A program made the position numbers and the translations under genes. This document shows, one piece after another, positions 21,312 through 33,802 of a DNA stretch of 64,000 nucleotides. The notes beneath the pieces were generated by a model. That model had not been told where the DNA came from, searched no databases, and saw nothing but the letters and a program-made list of their open reading frames with translations. The first letter of the stretch is position 1. Every line of letters begins with the position of its first letter. Where the stretch lies: the NCBI RefSeq assembly GCF_965641715.1, contig NZ_OZ282453.1; one strand, written 5' to 3'. This stretch comes from Escherichia coli. Lineage in GTDB: Bacteria; Pseudomonadota; Gammaproteobacteria; Enterobacterales; Enterobacteriaceae.

Positions 21312-22163
21312 TTATCTCATAATACCCATAAAGCCATGCACTCCCATATACAACCCGACTAAACCAATCAACAGACTGGAAAAATAGGGGGCGCGTTTAG
21401 CGAGAGTGTTAAATCCGCTCCAGCGTTTTGCAACTTGTTGAACACTGATTGCCGCTCCAACGCCTACTGTAACCAGCGTTAATGCCAGGCCGATGCTGAA
21501 ACTGACGACCAGTGTTGCGCCCAGTGTCAGGGCTTTCAACTGAATGCAAATCAACAGCACGGTAATTGCTGCCGGGCAGGGAATAAGGCCACCTGTTAAG
21601 CCAAATAACAAAATTTGCCAGTTGGTGACCTCTCTACCATCAAAGCGTCGTTTAATGTCATTGGCATGGGCTCGTGCATGGGCATCCTGATACTCTTCGT
21701 TGTCGCCATGTTCATGATGGTGATGATGTTCGTGGTCGTGGTCGTGGTCGTGGTCTTGATGATCTTCGTGATCGTGGTGATGATGCTCATGATCATGCTC
21801 GTGCATATTCTCCAGCCAGTTGCGTTCGCCGCGCCAGGTACGCCAGAACATCCAGAACGCGGTGCCAATAATGATCACTGCGGAAATCAACTGGAGCCAC
21901 GGTTCTGCTGATTGAGCAGTAAAGCGCTTGCTGATCACCATCCCGCCAAAGGCAATCAACCAGACCACCGCGGTATGCGAAATGGTTGCTGCCAGTCCGA
22001 GCATCACCGCCTGTTTAGTGGTGCCTTTGATGGCGATGATAAACGCCGCCATCATCGTTTTTGAGTGCCCTGGTTCCAGGCCATGAAGCGCACCAAGTAA
22101 GATGGCGCTGGGGATGAAGAACCAGGCGTTTCCTTGCTGAAGAAGAGTTGTAAATTCGGTCAT
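21312..22163 (-). CDS. rcnA: Nickel/cobalt efflux permease RcnA
   Basis: 283 aa membrane protein with a central His/Asp/Glu-rich loop (HEHDHEHHHHDHEDHQDHDHDHDHEHHHHHEH). Confidence 0.9.
   Translation of the reverse strand: MTEFTTLLQQGNAWFFIPSAILLGALHGLEPGHSKTMMAAFIIAIKGTTKQAVMLGLAATISHTAVVWLIAFGGMVISKRFTAQSAEPWLQLISAVIIIGTAFWMFWRTWRGERNWLENMHEHDHEHHHHDHEDHQDHDHDHDHEHHHHHEHGDNEEYQDAHARAHANDIKRRFDGREVTNWQILLFGLTGGLIPCPAAITVLLICIQLKALTLGATLVVSFSIGLALTLVTVGVGAAISVQQVAKRWSGFNTLAKRAPYFSSLLIGLVGLYMGVHGFMGIMR
21732..21755. repeat. Hexanucleotide tandem repeat (GTGGTC x4 on the + strand) encoding the HD-repeat part of the RcnA His-rich loop
   Basis: Seen in sequence: cgtggtcgtggtcgtggtcgtggtc. Confidence 0.7.
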
Positions 22164-22200
22164 GATAATAATTCTTAGTATTAATTCGGCAATCTTATTC

Positions 22201-22235
22201 TACTCCCCCCCAGTACCTGATACTACCCCCCAGTA
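22201..22235. promoter_or_regulatory. Two inverted-repeat sites of the TACT-G6-N-AGTA type (RcnR operator) in the rcnA-rcnR intergenic region
   Basis: Seen: TACTCCCCCCCAGTA and TACTACCCCCCAGTA 5 bp apart; matches the published RcnR recognition motif as I recall it. Confidence 0.65.
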
Positions 22236-22283
22236 GATTAATAGTGCTATGATTTTTCATGTTCTTGTTAACCAGGTGTTGCC

Positions 22284-22556
22284 ATGTCTCATACAATCCG
22301 TGATAAACAGAAACTGAAAGCGCGTGCCAGTAAGATTCAGGGCCAGGTCGTGGCGCTCAAGAAAATGCTCGACGAGCCGCACGAATGCGCTGCAGTTTTA
22401 CAACAGATTGCTGCTATCCGTGGCGCGGTAAACGGTCTGATGCGGGAAGTGATTAAAGGTCATCTGACGGAACACATCGTTCACCAGGGGGATGAGCTAA
22501 AACGTGAAGAAGATCTGGATGTTGTTCTGAAGGTGCTGGATTCATATATCAAATAA
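22284..22556 (+). CDS. rcnR: Ni/Co-responsive transcriptional repressor RcnR (CsoR/RcnR family)
   Basis: 90 aa; divergent from rcnA; contains the H-x-C-containing helix typical of the family. Confidence 0.85.
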
Positions 22557-22644
22557 TTTATTAACGCGATTGTAAAACTGCCGTTTTTCCTCGTTTACAA
22601 CGGGTGCGCTGGACATTACCATCCTCCTCTGCGATTTATCATCG

Positions 22645-22778
22645 CAACCAAACGACTCGGGGTGCCCTTCTACGTGAAGGCTGAGAAATACCCGTATCAC
22701 CTGATCTGGATAATGCCAGCGTAGGGAAGTCACGGACCACCAGGTCATTGCTTCTTCACGTTATGGCAGGAGCAAACT
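22645..22778 (+). promoter_or_regulatory. TPP (THI-box) riboswitch leader of thiMD
   Basis: Sequence ggggtgcccttctacgtgaaggctgagaaatacccgtatcacctgatctggataatgccagcgtagggaa matches the classic thiM aptamer; lies immediately upstream of the thiM start. Confidence 0.8.
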
Positions 22779-23567
22779 ATGCAAGTCGACCTGCTGAGTT
22801 CCGCGCAATCTGCGCACGCGTTACACCTTTTTCACCAACATTCCCCTCTTGTGCATTGCATGACCAATGATGTGGTGCAAACCTTTACTGCCAATACCTT
22901 GCTGGCGCTCGGTGCATCGCCAGCGATGGTTATCGAAACCGAAGAGGCCAGTCAGTTTGCGGCTATCGCCAGTGCCTTGTTGATTAACGTTGGCACGCTG
23001 ACGCAGCCACGCGCACAGGCGATGCGTGCCGCCGTTGAGCAAGCAAAAAGCTCTCAAACCCCCTGGACGCTTGATCCAGTAGCGGTTGGTGCGCTCGATT
23101 ATCGTCGCCATTTTTGTCATGAACTTTTATCTTTTAAACCGGCAGCGATACGTGGTAATGCTTCGGAAATCATGGCATTAGCTGGCGTTGCTACTGGCGG
23201 ACGGGGAGTGGATACCACTGACGCGGCAGCTAATGCGATACCCGCTGCACAAACACTGGCACGGGAAACTGGCGCAATCTTCGTGGTCACTGGCGAGGTG
23301 GATTATGTTACCGATGGTCGTCGCACCGTTGGCATTCACGGCGGCGATCCGTTAATGGCCAAAGTGGTAGGAACTGGCTGTGCATTATCGGCAGTTGTCG
23401 CTGCCTGCTGTGCGTTACCAGGCGATATGCTGGAAAATGTCGCATCTGCCTGTCACTGGATGAAACAAGCCGGAGAACGCGCAGTCGCCAGAAGCGAGGG
23501 GCCAGGCAGTTTTGTTCCACATTTCCTTGATGCGCTCTGGCAATTGACGCAGGAGGTGCAGGCATGA
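22779..23567 (+). CDS. thiM: Hydroxyethylthiazole kinase
   Basis: 262 aa; ThiM-like sequence; overlaps the thiD start by 4 nt. Confidence 0.9.
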   Translation: MQVDLLSSAQSAHALHLFHQHSPLVHCMTNDVVQTFTANTLLALGASPAMVIETEEASQFAAIASALLINVGTLTQPRAQAMRAAVEQAKSSQTPWTLDPVAVGALDYRRHFCHELLSFKPAAIRGNASEIMALAGVATGGRGVDTTDAAANAIPAAQTLARETGAIFVVTGEVDYVTDGRRTVGIHGGDPLMAKVVGTGCALSAVVAACCALPGDMLENVASACHWMKQAGERAVARSEGPGSFVPHFLDALWQLTQEVQA

Positions 23568-24364
23568 AACGAATTAACGCTCTGACGATTGCCGGTACTG
23601 ATCCGAGTGGTGGTGCGGGGATTCAGGCCGATCTTAAAACCTTCTCGGCACTTGGCGCTTATGGTTGCTCAGTTATTACTGCTCTGGTGGCGCAAAACAC
23701 CCGTGGCGTACAGTCGGTGTATCGCATTGAGCCTGATTTTGTCGCTGCCCAGCTCGATTCGGTGTTCAGCGATGTGCGAATCGACACCACTAAAATCGGT
23801 ATGTTGGCGGAAACCGATATTGTTGAAGCGGTGGCAGAACGGTTGCAACGTTATCAGATCCAAAACGTGGTACTCGACACCGTTATGCTGGCAAAAAGCG
23901 GCGACCCACTGCTTTCACCTTCGGCGGTTGCTACGCTGCGCAGTCGATTATTGCCACAGGTTTCATTAATAACGCCAAACTTGCCCGAAGCTGCTGCCTT
24001 GCTCGACGCGCCACACGCGCGCACCGAACAGGAAATGCTGGAACAAGGGCGATCGCTGTTGGCGATGGGCTGTGGCGCAGTGCTAATGAAAGGTGGTCAT
24101 CTGGATGATGAGCAAAGCCCGGACTGGCTGTTTACCCGCGAGGGTGAACAACGGTTTACCGCACCGCGCATTATGACCAAAAACACCCACGGCACTGGTT
24201 GTACACTCTCTGCGGCGTTGGCTGCACTACGCCCGCGCCATACAAACTGGGCTGACACCGTACAGGAGGCAAAAAGCTGGCTTTCATCGGCGTTAGCACA
24301 GGCCGACACGCTGGAAGTTGGTCACGGTATTGGTCCGGTTCACCACTTCCACGCCTGGTGGTGA
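23564..24364 (+). CDS. thiD: Hydroxymethylpyrimidine/phosphomethylpyrimidine kinase
   Basis: 266 aa; N-terminus [31 protein letters not shown] typical of ThiD/PdxK kinases. Confidence 0.9.
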   Translation: MKRINALTIAGTDPSGGAGIQADLKTFSALGAYGCSVITALVAQNTRGVQSVYRIEPDFVAAQLDSVFSDVRIDTTKIGMLAETDIVEAVAERLQRYQIQNVVLDTVMLAKSGDPLLSPSAVATLRSRLLPQVSLITPNLPEAAALLDAPHARTEQEMLEQGRSLLAMGCGAVLMKGGHLDDEQSPDWLFTREGEQRFTAPRIMTKNTHGTGCTLSAALAALRPRHTNWADTVQEAKSWLSSALAQADTLEVGHGIGPVHHFHAWW

Positions 24365-24419
24365 GCACCGTACTATAGCTGCTTTGGTTATTGTCAGCCT
24401 TTGGCACTGACATTCAGGG

Positions 24420-25247
24420 ATGAAACCAATGCAGCTAAGCATTACCAGTCGAAAAAAACTCACCGCTCTATTATGCGCTCTTGGGCTAATTTCCATCGTT
24501 GCAATTTATCCGCGTCAGACGGTGAATTTTTTCTATTCGACAGCAGTTCAGATTACAGACTACATCCACTTCTACGGTTATCGCCCGGTTAAATCTTTCG
24601 CTATTCGCATTCCTGCCAGTTACACCATTCACGGAATAGATGTTTCGCGCTGGCAGGAGCGGATCGACTGGCAGCGGGTGGCAAAAATGCGCGACAACGG
24701 TATCCGCTTACAGTTTGCTTTTATTAAGGCGACGGAAGGCGAAAAGCTGGTGGACCCGTATTTTTCGCGTAACTGGCAACTAAGCCGCGAAAATGGCCTG
24801 CTGCGCGGGGCGTATCATTATTTCTCCCCGTCGGTAGCAGCGCCGGTTCAGGCGCGATTATTTCTGCAAACGGTGGATTTCTCACAAGGCGATTTCCCTG
24901 CCGTGCTGGACGTAGAAGAACGGGGAAAATTATCGGCAAAAGAATTACGCAAGCGGGTAAGTCAGTGGCTAAAAATGGTCGAAAAAAGTACGGGAAAAAA
25001 GCCGGTTATTTACTCAGGAGCCGTTTTTTATCACACCAATCTGGCGGGCTATTTCAATGAATATCCGTGGTGGGTGGCTCACTACTATCAACGTCGTCCG
25101 GACAATGACGGCATGGCCTGGCGCTTCTGGCAGCATTCCGACCGTGGACAGGTAGATGGCATCAATGGTCCGGTGGATTTTAATGTATTTAATGGCACGG
25201 TGGAGGAGTTGCAGGCATTCGTTGATGGGATTAAAGAAACGCCTTAA
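24420..25247 (+). CDS. yegX: Glycoside hydrolase family 25 (lysozyme-like) protein YegX
   Basis: 275-aa track ORF; N-terminal membrane anchor; GH25-like; start may be a few codons downstream. Confidence 0.7.
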   Translation: MKPMQLSITSRKKLTALLCALGLISIVAIYPRQTVNFFYSTAVQITDYIHFYGYRPVKSFAIRIPASYTIHGIDVSRWQERIDWQRVAKMRDNGIRLQFAFIKATEGEKLVDPYFSRNWQLSRENGLLRGAYHYFSPSVAAPVQARLFLQTVDFSQGDFPAVLDVEERGKLSAKELRKRVSQWLKMVEKSTGKKPVIYSGAVFYHTNLAGYFNEYPWWVAHYYQRRPDNDGMAWRFWQHSDRGQVDGINGPVDFNVFNGTVEELQAFVDGIKETP

Positions 25248-25298
25248 ATAAGAAGCAGTGATATACTCCCACCAGACTCCCTGGCAGGAAAAAGACAA

Positions 25299-26045
25299 AT
25301 GGAACAAGCGCATACCCAGCTGATTGCCCAACTGAACGAGCGTATTTTAGCGGCGGATAACACGCCGCTTTATATTAAGTTTGCCGAAACGGTAAAAAAT
25401 GCCGTGCGCAGCGGGGTGCTGGAGCATGGCAATATTTTGCCCGGTGAGCGTGATTTAAGTCAGTTAACCGGCGTTTCGCGCATTACGGTGCGCAAGGCGA
25501 TGCAGGCGCTGGAAGAAGAGGGCGTGGTGACGCGTTCGCGTGGTTACGGCACGCAGATCAACAACATCTTCGAATACTCGTTGAAAGAAGCGCGAGGTTT
25601 TTCTCAGCAGGTGGTATTGCGCGGGAAAAAGCCCGATACGCTATGGGTTAACAAGCGTGTCGTGAAATGTCCCGAAGAAGTCGCGCAGCAGCTGGCGGTC
25701 GAAGCGGGAAGTGATGTCTTTTTGCTTAAGCGTATTCGCTATGTCGATGAAGAAGCGGTATCGATTGAGGAATCGTGGGTTCCGGCGCATTTAATTCATG
25801 ATGTTGATGCCATCGGAATTTCTCTTTATGACTATTTCCGCAGCCAGCACATTTACCCACAACGTACACGTTCCCGCGTTAGCGCCCGGATGCCAGATGC
25901 CGAGTTTCAGTCACATATTCAGTTAGATAGCAAAATACCGGTGCTGGTGATCAAGCAAGTGGCGCTTGACCAACAGCAACGGCCTATTGAATACAGCATT
26001 AGCCACTGTCGCAGCGATCTATACGTTTTTGTTTGCGAGGAGTAG
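25299..26045 (+). CDS. yegW: GntR/HutC-family transcriptional regulator YegW
   Basis: 248 aa; N-terminal winged HTH (LPGERDLSQLTGVSRITVRKAMQAL) plus UTRA-like C-terminus. Confidence 0.8.
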   Translation: MEQAHTQLIAQLNERILAADNTPLYIKFAETVKNAVRSGVLEHGNILPGERDLSQLTGVSRITVRKAMQALEEEGVVTRSRGYGTQINNIFEYSLKEARGFSQQVVLRGKKPDTLWVNKRVVKCPEEVAQQLAVEAGSDVFLLKRIRYVDEEAVSIEESWVPAHLIHDVDAIGISLYDYFRSQHIYPQRTRSRVSARMPDAEFQSHIQLDSKIPVLVIKQVALDQQQRPIEYSISHCRSDLYVFVCEE

Positions 26046-26984
26046 TTCCTCGCGCGTTGGCGCACAATCACCGCCCCGATGCCCGACAACCCACGACGCC
26101 ACTGCATTGCCCAGTAATACGGCATCCGCCAGTGGCAGACCAGAGGCCAGCCCGGCAAGTACGCCACCGGCATGACTGTCGCCCGCCCCAATGGTGTCGA
26201 CAACTTGCGTTGGAAATGCCGGAATGCAGCCAGAAGCGTCGTTGCTGAAATACCATGCGCCTTCTTTATCGAGACGAACGATCAACGGCGCGGCAAATTT
26301 CTCCTGCCATTGTTTGCCAAGTGTTGTTATCTCTGCGGATAAAGCAAAACGTTCGGCGGCAATCTCAGCCTCTTGACGATTGAGTGACACTAAAGGTCGA
26401 CAGGCCATGATCCGCGCCAGTAATGCATCCGGGATATCGCCAATACGTGGGCCAAAATCGATAAACGGCGTCACGTCTTGCAGCTTTTCCAGCCATTCCA
26501 CTAATAATTCGCCGCAGGGCGAGGCCATTTGATAACCGGAAAAATAGAGCAGGCTGCCAGGCGCAACGGTTAATCGCGCCAGACACTGGCGATTCCACTG
26601 ATTTTCCACACCGCTGAATGACATAAAAGTGCGTTCGCCATCCGGCTCAACCAGCGCCAGACACCAGCCGTTATCACCTTCGGCGTTATCGATCAGGCTG
26701 ATTAAGCCCTCTTTTGCCATCCGGTTGCGAATAATCTCCGCCCACACGCCCTGACCGAGCGGCAAGGCGTTACCCGCTTCGATGCCGAGGCGTTTTAACG
26801 CCACGGCAATATTCAGGGCGCAGCCGCCAACGTTAACGCTCTGCTGTTTCAGTTCGATATCGCACCCACGCCAGGGGAGGGCATAAGCGTCGGCGATCAC
26901 GTCAATGACCGCCGCGCCGACGACCATCACCGGCTGACGCGTGGTTAATTCAGGCAGCAGCGTGTGTAATCGAGCGCCGCTCAT
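26019..26984 (-). CDS. yegV: PfkB-family sugar/nucleoside kinase YegV
   Basis: 321 aa; ribokinase-like motifs (DTIGAGDSHAGG). Confidence 0.8.
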   Translation of the reverse strand: MSGARLHTLLPELTTRQPVMVVGAAVIDVIADAYALPWRGCDIELKQQSVNVGGCALNIAVALKRLGIEAGNALPLGQGVWAEIIRNRMAKEGLISLIDNAEGDNGWCLALVEPDGERTFMSFSGVENQWNRQCLARLTVAPGSLLYFSGYQMASPCGELLVEWLEKLQDVTPFIDFGPRIGDIPDALLARIMACRPLVSLNRQEAEIAAERFALSAEITTLGKQWQEKFAAPLIVRLDKEGAWYFSNDASGCIPAFPTQVVDTIGAGDSHAGGVLAGLASGLPLADAVLLGNAVASWVVGHRGGDCAPTREELLLANKNV

Positions 26985-27985
26985 ACCACCTCCCGTTGTT
27001 GGCGATACTTCGCCAGCGCTGTGGCATAGCGGTTGAAATCAAGCTGATTTACCGCATCCAGTTCCGCCTTTAACGCAGGATCGATAGCGTTAACGCCATG
27101 CAACGCGCCGCAAATCGCCGTCGCCATAGCGCCGATGGTGTCTGTGTCGCCGCCAAGGTTAGCGCACAGGACGGCGCAACGGTTCGGGTCGGTTTGTGCC
27201 AGTTCAACCAGCGCAATGGCGCACGGAACGGACTCAATAGTGCTGGTACCTGCGCCAACGACCTGGTAAAGCTGTTCGCTGGCGGATTCAGTGCCGTCGG
27301 CATTGCGCACAATTTTCAGCGCAATCTCCAGACGTGCTGCCAGTGAGGCGCTGAAGGTAGTGATGCGTTTTTGCTGTGCATGTCGCGCAATTGAAGGCAG
27401 TGAATCAACAATCGCTGACCAGCTTTCTCCGTCAATGGCACGAGAAATCGCCCATGCGATGACTACCGCGCCTGCAACCGCCAGATCGGATTTATGGGTC
27501 GGGCTGGACGCCAGCGCCACATCATCAATAAAGGAATCAACATCGTGCGCCGGAAGCAAACAACCTAATGGCGAGACGCGCATCGCTGCGCCGTTGGTCA
27601 CGCCGTTGTTTTCCAGTTCAGCAACGGGTTTACCGTCGCGAATGGCGTTGAGAGCAATCTTCGAGGTCGGACCTAGTACGTTTTTGTTAAAGGCGTCGAA
27701 ACGCAGCGCCCAGTCGAGAATATTACGCCCAATCAGATTCGGGTCGATCTTGCCTTCACGTTCCAGTAACGCATCCGCCAGACACAGCGCCATCGAGGTA
27801 TCGTCGGTGAATTCGGCGCGGTTAAAATAACAGGCCGCGTTATTCTCCTTTGGTCCAGGCAGAAAACGGTCAATCCAGCCAAAGTGTGCTTTAACGCGGC
27901 TGCGTGGCCAAAGCTCGGAGGGCATCCCCATCGCATCCCCTAACGCCTGCCCATAAAGAGCACCGAGAATACGTTCTGTTTTCAT
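26981..27985 (-). CDS. yegU: ADP-ribosylglycohydrolase-family protein YegU
   Basis: 334 aa; N-terminus RILGALYGQALGDAMGMP typical of ARH/DraG family; 4-nt overlap with yegV. Confidence 0.8.
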   Translation of the reverse strand: MKTERILGALYGQALGDAMGMPSELWPRSRVKAHFGWIDRFLPGPKENNAACYFNRAEFTDDTSMALCLADALLEREGKIDPNLIGRNILDWALRFDAFNKNVLGPTSKIALNAIRDGKPVAELENNGVTNGAAMRVSPLGCLLPAHDVDSFIDDVALASSPTHKSDLAVAGAVVIAWAISRAIDGESWSAIVDSLPSIARHAQQKRITTFSASLAARLEIALKIVRNADGTESASEQLYQVVGAGTSTIESVPCAIALVELAQTDPNRCAVLCANLGGDTDTIGAMATAICGALHGVNAIDPALKAELDAVNQLDFNRYATALAKYRQQREVV

Positions 27986-29259
27986 TTAACTTCCCCTTGT
28001 GTCAACGCAATATCGCGATCATCGACCTTGATAGCCGTAATTTCGTTGTCGGATTCGCGGAAAAAAATCATGAACAGCACGGCGATAATGGCAATCATCA
28101 CCGCGCCAAAAGTCCACATCCCGGACCAGTTGAAAGTCAGTCCGTTTACCGGTTCCTGATAAGCGAACATCTTTTCCATCATCACACCGCCAAGACGATA
28201 GCCGAGCAAACTGCCGAAGCCCTGGCAGCAGAGCGTGATCAGCCCCTGCGCGGCGGTACGCATATGCACGGGGGCTTTTTTATCGACATAGATGTAAGCG
28301 GTAACGTAGTAAAAATCGTAACTTACGCCGTGAAGCAAAATACCGAGGAACAGTAACGCGTAGGTGAAATATTCATCCGCACTACCGTAAATAAAGAAGC
28401 CATAGCGGATCGCAGCGGTGATTAGACCAAGCAATAATACCTTTTTGATACCAAAGCGTTTAGTGAAAAACGGCAATGCCAGCATAAAGAAGATTTCAGA
28501 GAACTGGCCGAGCGTCATCCAGCCGGTGGCGTTTTTCATGCCAACTTCGGTCAGATAACCGTTGGCAAAGATGTAATAGAACGCCAGTGGCATCGCAAAC
28601 AGGAATGAACAGAAGAAAAAGACGAGGAAGTTTTTATCGCGCAGCAGGATCAGCGCATCCAGGCCGAGCATGACTTTAATGTCCATTTTGCCGGTGCTTT
28701 TTGGTGGCGTGTCGGGCAGGAAAAACGCAAACACACCGAGCAGAGCAGAACTTCCGGCGGTAATCAGCAGCGGGATGTTAGTCGGTGAGATATCGGCATA
28801 CCCCAGCATTTGCGGCAAGAAACCACATGCCAGACCGGAGGCAATCCAGCCGATAGTGCCCATCACACGAATGCGCGGGAAATCACGCTCAACATCCGGC
28901 ACGTTGGCAAAAGCGATGCTGTTAGTCAGCGCAATGGTCGGCATATAGGTTAGCGAGTAGGCCAGCAGTAACGGGAAGAACCCGGCAAAAGTGGTCTGTT
29001 GCGCGGCGAAATACATCAGCACCGCACCAGCGAACATCAATACCGCCAGCACTTTCTGCGCCGAGAAAAAGCGGTCAGTGATGGAGCCAACCAGAATTGG
29101 CGACAGGATCGCCGCAATGGCTGTGCAGGCATACGACCAGCCAATTTCTCCGGCACTAAAACCGCTTTTACTTAACCACAACCACAATGGCACAAACCAC
29201 GCGCCCCAGATAAACCATTCAACAAACATCATGAACGACAGCTTTGCTGTTGTTTTCAT
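27982..29259 (-). CDS. yegT: MFS nucleoside:H+ symporter-family transporter YegT
   Basis: 425 aa, polytopic membrane protein; 4-nt overlap with yegU. Confidence 0.8.
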   Translation of the reverse strand: MKTTAKLSFMMFVEWFIWGAWFVPLWLWLSKSGFSAGEIGWSYACTAIAAILSPILVGSITDRFFSAQKVLAVLMFAGAVLMYFAAQQTTFAGFFPLLLAYSLTYMPTIALTNSIAFANVPDVERDFPRIRVMGTIGWIASGLACGFLPQMLGYADISPTNIPLLITAGSSALLGVFAFFLPDTPPKSTGKMDIKVMLGLDALILLRDKNFLVFFFCSFLFAMPLAFYYIFANGYLTEVGMKNATGWMTLGQFSEIFFMLALPFFTKRFGIKKVLLLGLITAAIRYGFFIYGSADEYFTYALLFLGILLHGVSYDFYYVTAYIYVDKKAPVHMRTAAQGLITLCCQGFGSLLGYRLGGVMMEKMFAYQEPVNGLTFNWSGMWTFGAVMIAIIAVLFMIFFRESDNEITAIKVDDRDIALTQGEVK

Positions 29260-29515
29260 CTTTTAATTCCTTCATGACAGGTAATGTAAGGTACGCGATG
29301 ACAATACCACTTAATAATACCTTTTAAATACCTTTGCGGTGAAAACTTGACCGCGCTAACATTTTTTCTGATGAATCGAGCCAACAGAAAACGCTGAAAA
29401 AACATCCAAAAGATGGAAAAACTCGCCCGTAACGACCAGGATTATGATTGCCCGCAAAAGGCGGGCCAGGACAATCCATAGCCGATATCCAATCGGAATT
29501 TACGGGAGCATAGTA

Positions 29516-30568
29516 ATGACAGATATTGCGCAGTTGCTTGGCAAAGACGCCGACAACCTTTTACAGCACCGTTGTATGACTATTCCTTCTGACCAGCTTT
29601 ATCTCCCCGGACATGACTACGTAGACCGCGTGATGATTGACAATAATCGCCCGCCTGCGGTGTTACGTAATATGCAGACGTTGTACAACACCGGGCGTCT
29701 GGCTGGCACAGGATATCTTTCTATTCTGCCCGTTGACCAGGGCGTTGAGCACTCTGCCGGAGCTTCATTTGCTGCTAACCCGCTCTACTTTGACCCGAAA
29801 AACATTGTTGAACTGGCGATCGAAGCGGGCTGTAACTGTGTGGCATCAACTTACGGCGTGTTGGCGTCGGTATCGCGGCGCTATGCGCATCGCATTCCAT
29901 TTCTCGTAAAACTTAATCACAACGAGACGCTAAGTTACCCGAATACCTACGATCAAACGCTGTATGCCAGCGTGGAGCAGGCCTTCAACATGGGCGCGGT
30001 GGCGGTTGGTGCGACTATCTATTTTGGCTCGGAAGAATCACGTCGCCAGATTGAAGAAATTTCTGCGGCTTTTGAACGTGCGCACGAGCTGGGCATGGTG
30101 ACAGTGCTGTGGGCCTATTTGCGTAACTCCGCCTTTAAGAAAGATGGCGTTGATTACCATGTCTCCGCCGACCTGACTGGTCAGGCGAACCATCTGGCGG
30201 CAACCATAGGTGCAGATATCGTCAAACAAAAAATGGCGGAAAATAACGGCGGCTATAAAGCAATTAATTACGGTTATACCGACGATCGCGTGTACAGCAA
30301 GTTAACCAGCGAAAACCCGATTGATCTGGTGCGTTATCAGTTAGCTAACTGCTATATGGGCCGGGCCGGGTTGATAAACTCCGGCGGTGCTGCAGGCGGT
30401 GAAACTGACCTCAGCGATGCAGTGCGTACTGCAGTTATCAACAAACGCGCTGGCGGAATGGGGCTGATTCTTGGACGTAAGGCGTTCAAGAAATCGATGG
30501 CTGACGGCGTGAAACTGATTAACGCCGTGCAGGACGTTTATCTCGATAGCAAAATTACTATCGCCTGA
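29516..30568 (+). CDS. fbaB: Fructose-bisphosphate aldolase class I
   Basis: 350 aa from [24 protein letters not shown]; the track ORF starts 24 codons upstream. Confidence 0.9.
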
Positions 30569-30574
30569 TACGCC

Positions 30575-30725
30575 TTATACGAACAACACCACCCCGTAGG
30601 ACGGATAAGGCGTTTACGCTGCATCCGGCAACCTATGCCTGATGCGACGCTGAAGCGTCTTATCATGCCTACACAGCGCTGCCACGTATGTTTACACTGC
30701 ATCCGGCATAAAATAACGCGCACTT
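30575..30725. repeat. REP/BIME-type palindromic units (several copies)
   Basis: Seen: gcctgatgcgacgctgaagcgtcttatcatgcctac and repeated gcatccggca motifs. Confidence 0.7.
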
Positions 30726-30822
30726 TGCTACGGCTTCCCTATCGGGAGGCCGTTTTTTTTGCCTTTCACTCCTCTAACAATTTTCATATTGTCGTTTTTG
30801 TGATCGTTATCTCGACATTTAA

Positions 30823-33022
<2,200 letters not shown>

Positions 33023-33031
33023 GGACGGTAT

Positions 33032-33484
33032 ATGACTAACCTGTTTGTTCGTAGCGGAATTTCTTTTGTCGATCGTAGCGAAGTTTTAACCCATATCGGT
33101 AATGAGATGCTCGCCAAAGGTGTGGTTCATGATACCTGGCCACAGGCATTAATTGCCAGAGAAGCAGAATTCCCTACCGGGATAATGCTTGAGCAGCACG
33201 CCATTGCAATACCGCATTGTGAGGCGATTCATGCTAAGTCGTCAGCCATTTATCTGTTAAGGCCAACAAATAAAGTTCATTTTCAGCAAGCGGATGATGA
33301 TAACGACGTGGCGGTATCGTTGGTTATTGCGTTGATTGTGGAAAATCCGCAGCAGCAATTGAAACTTTTACGCTGTTTATTTGGCAAGTTACAACAGCCC
33401 GATATCGTCGAGACACTAATCACTCTTCCTGAAACTCAGTTAAAGGAATACTTCACAAAGTATGTTTTAGATTCAGACGAATAA
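33032..33484 (+). CDS. gatA: PTS galactitol-specific EIIA
   Basis: 150 aa; operon context. Confidence 0.85.
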   Translation: MTNLFVRSGISFVDRSEVLTHIGNEMLAKGVVHDTWPQALIAREAEFPTGIMLEQHAIAIPHCEAIHAKSSAIYLLRPTNKVHFQQADDDNDVAVSLVIALIVENPQQQLKLLRCLFGKLQQPDIVETLITLPETQLKEYFTKYVLDSDE

Positions 33485-33514
33485 ATCCCTCTGTAACAAT
33501 AAAAAGGACTATTT

Positions 33515-33799
33515 ATGAAACGCAAGATTATTGTCGCTTGCGGAGGCGCGGTTGCGACCTCTACGATGGCGGCGGAAGAAATTAAAGAGTTGTGTCAGAG
33601 TCATAATATTCCTGTTGAATTAATCCAGTGTCGGGTTAATGAAATAGAAACCTATATGGATGGCGTGCATTTGATATGCACCACTGCCAGGGTGGATCGT
33701 AGTTTTGGCGATATTCCGTTAGTTCACGGCATGCCTTTTGTTTCTGGTGTCGGTATCGAAGCATTACAAAATAAAATTCTGGCTATCTTACAGGGGTGA
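33515..33799 (+). CDS. gatB: PTS galactitol-specific EIIB
   Basis: 94 aa; N-terminal active-site Cys motif ([16 protein letters not shown]). Confidence 0.85.
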   Translation: MKRKIIVACGGAVATSTMAAEEIKELCQSHNIPVELIQCRVNEIETYMDGVHLICTTARVDRSFGDIPLVHGMPFVSGVGIEALQNKILAILQG

Positions 33800-33802
33800 C
33801 CT

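Noticed and set aside
21596-21911. Several ORFs (65-98 aa, both strands) over the rcnA His-rich region
   Set aside because: They are generated by the repetitive CAC/GAT-rich coding sequence of RcnA itself and give low-complexity translations (V/M-rich or R/G/D-rich).
30575-30725. Clustered palindromic repeats, considered as a possible CRISPR array
   Set aside because: Units are imperfect REP/BIME-type palindromes with irregular spacing and no uniform repeat-spacer periodicity; no cas genes nearby.
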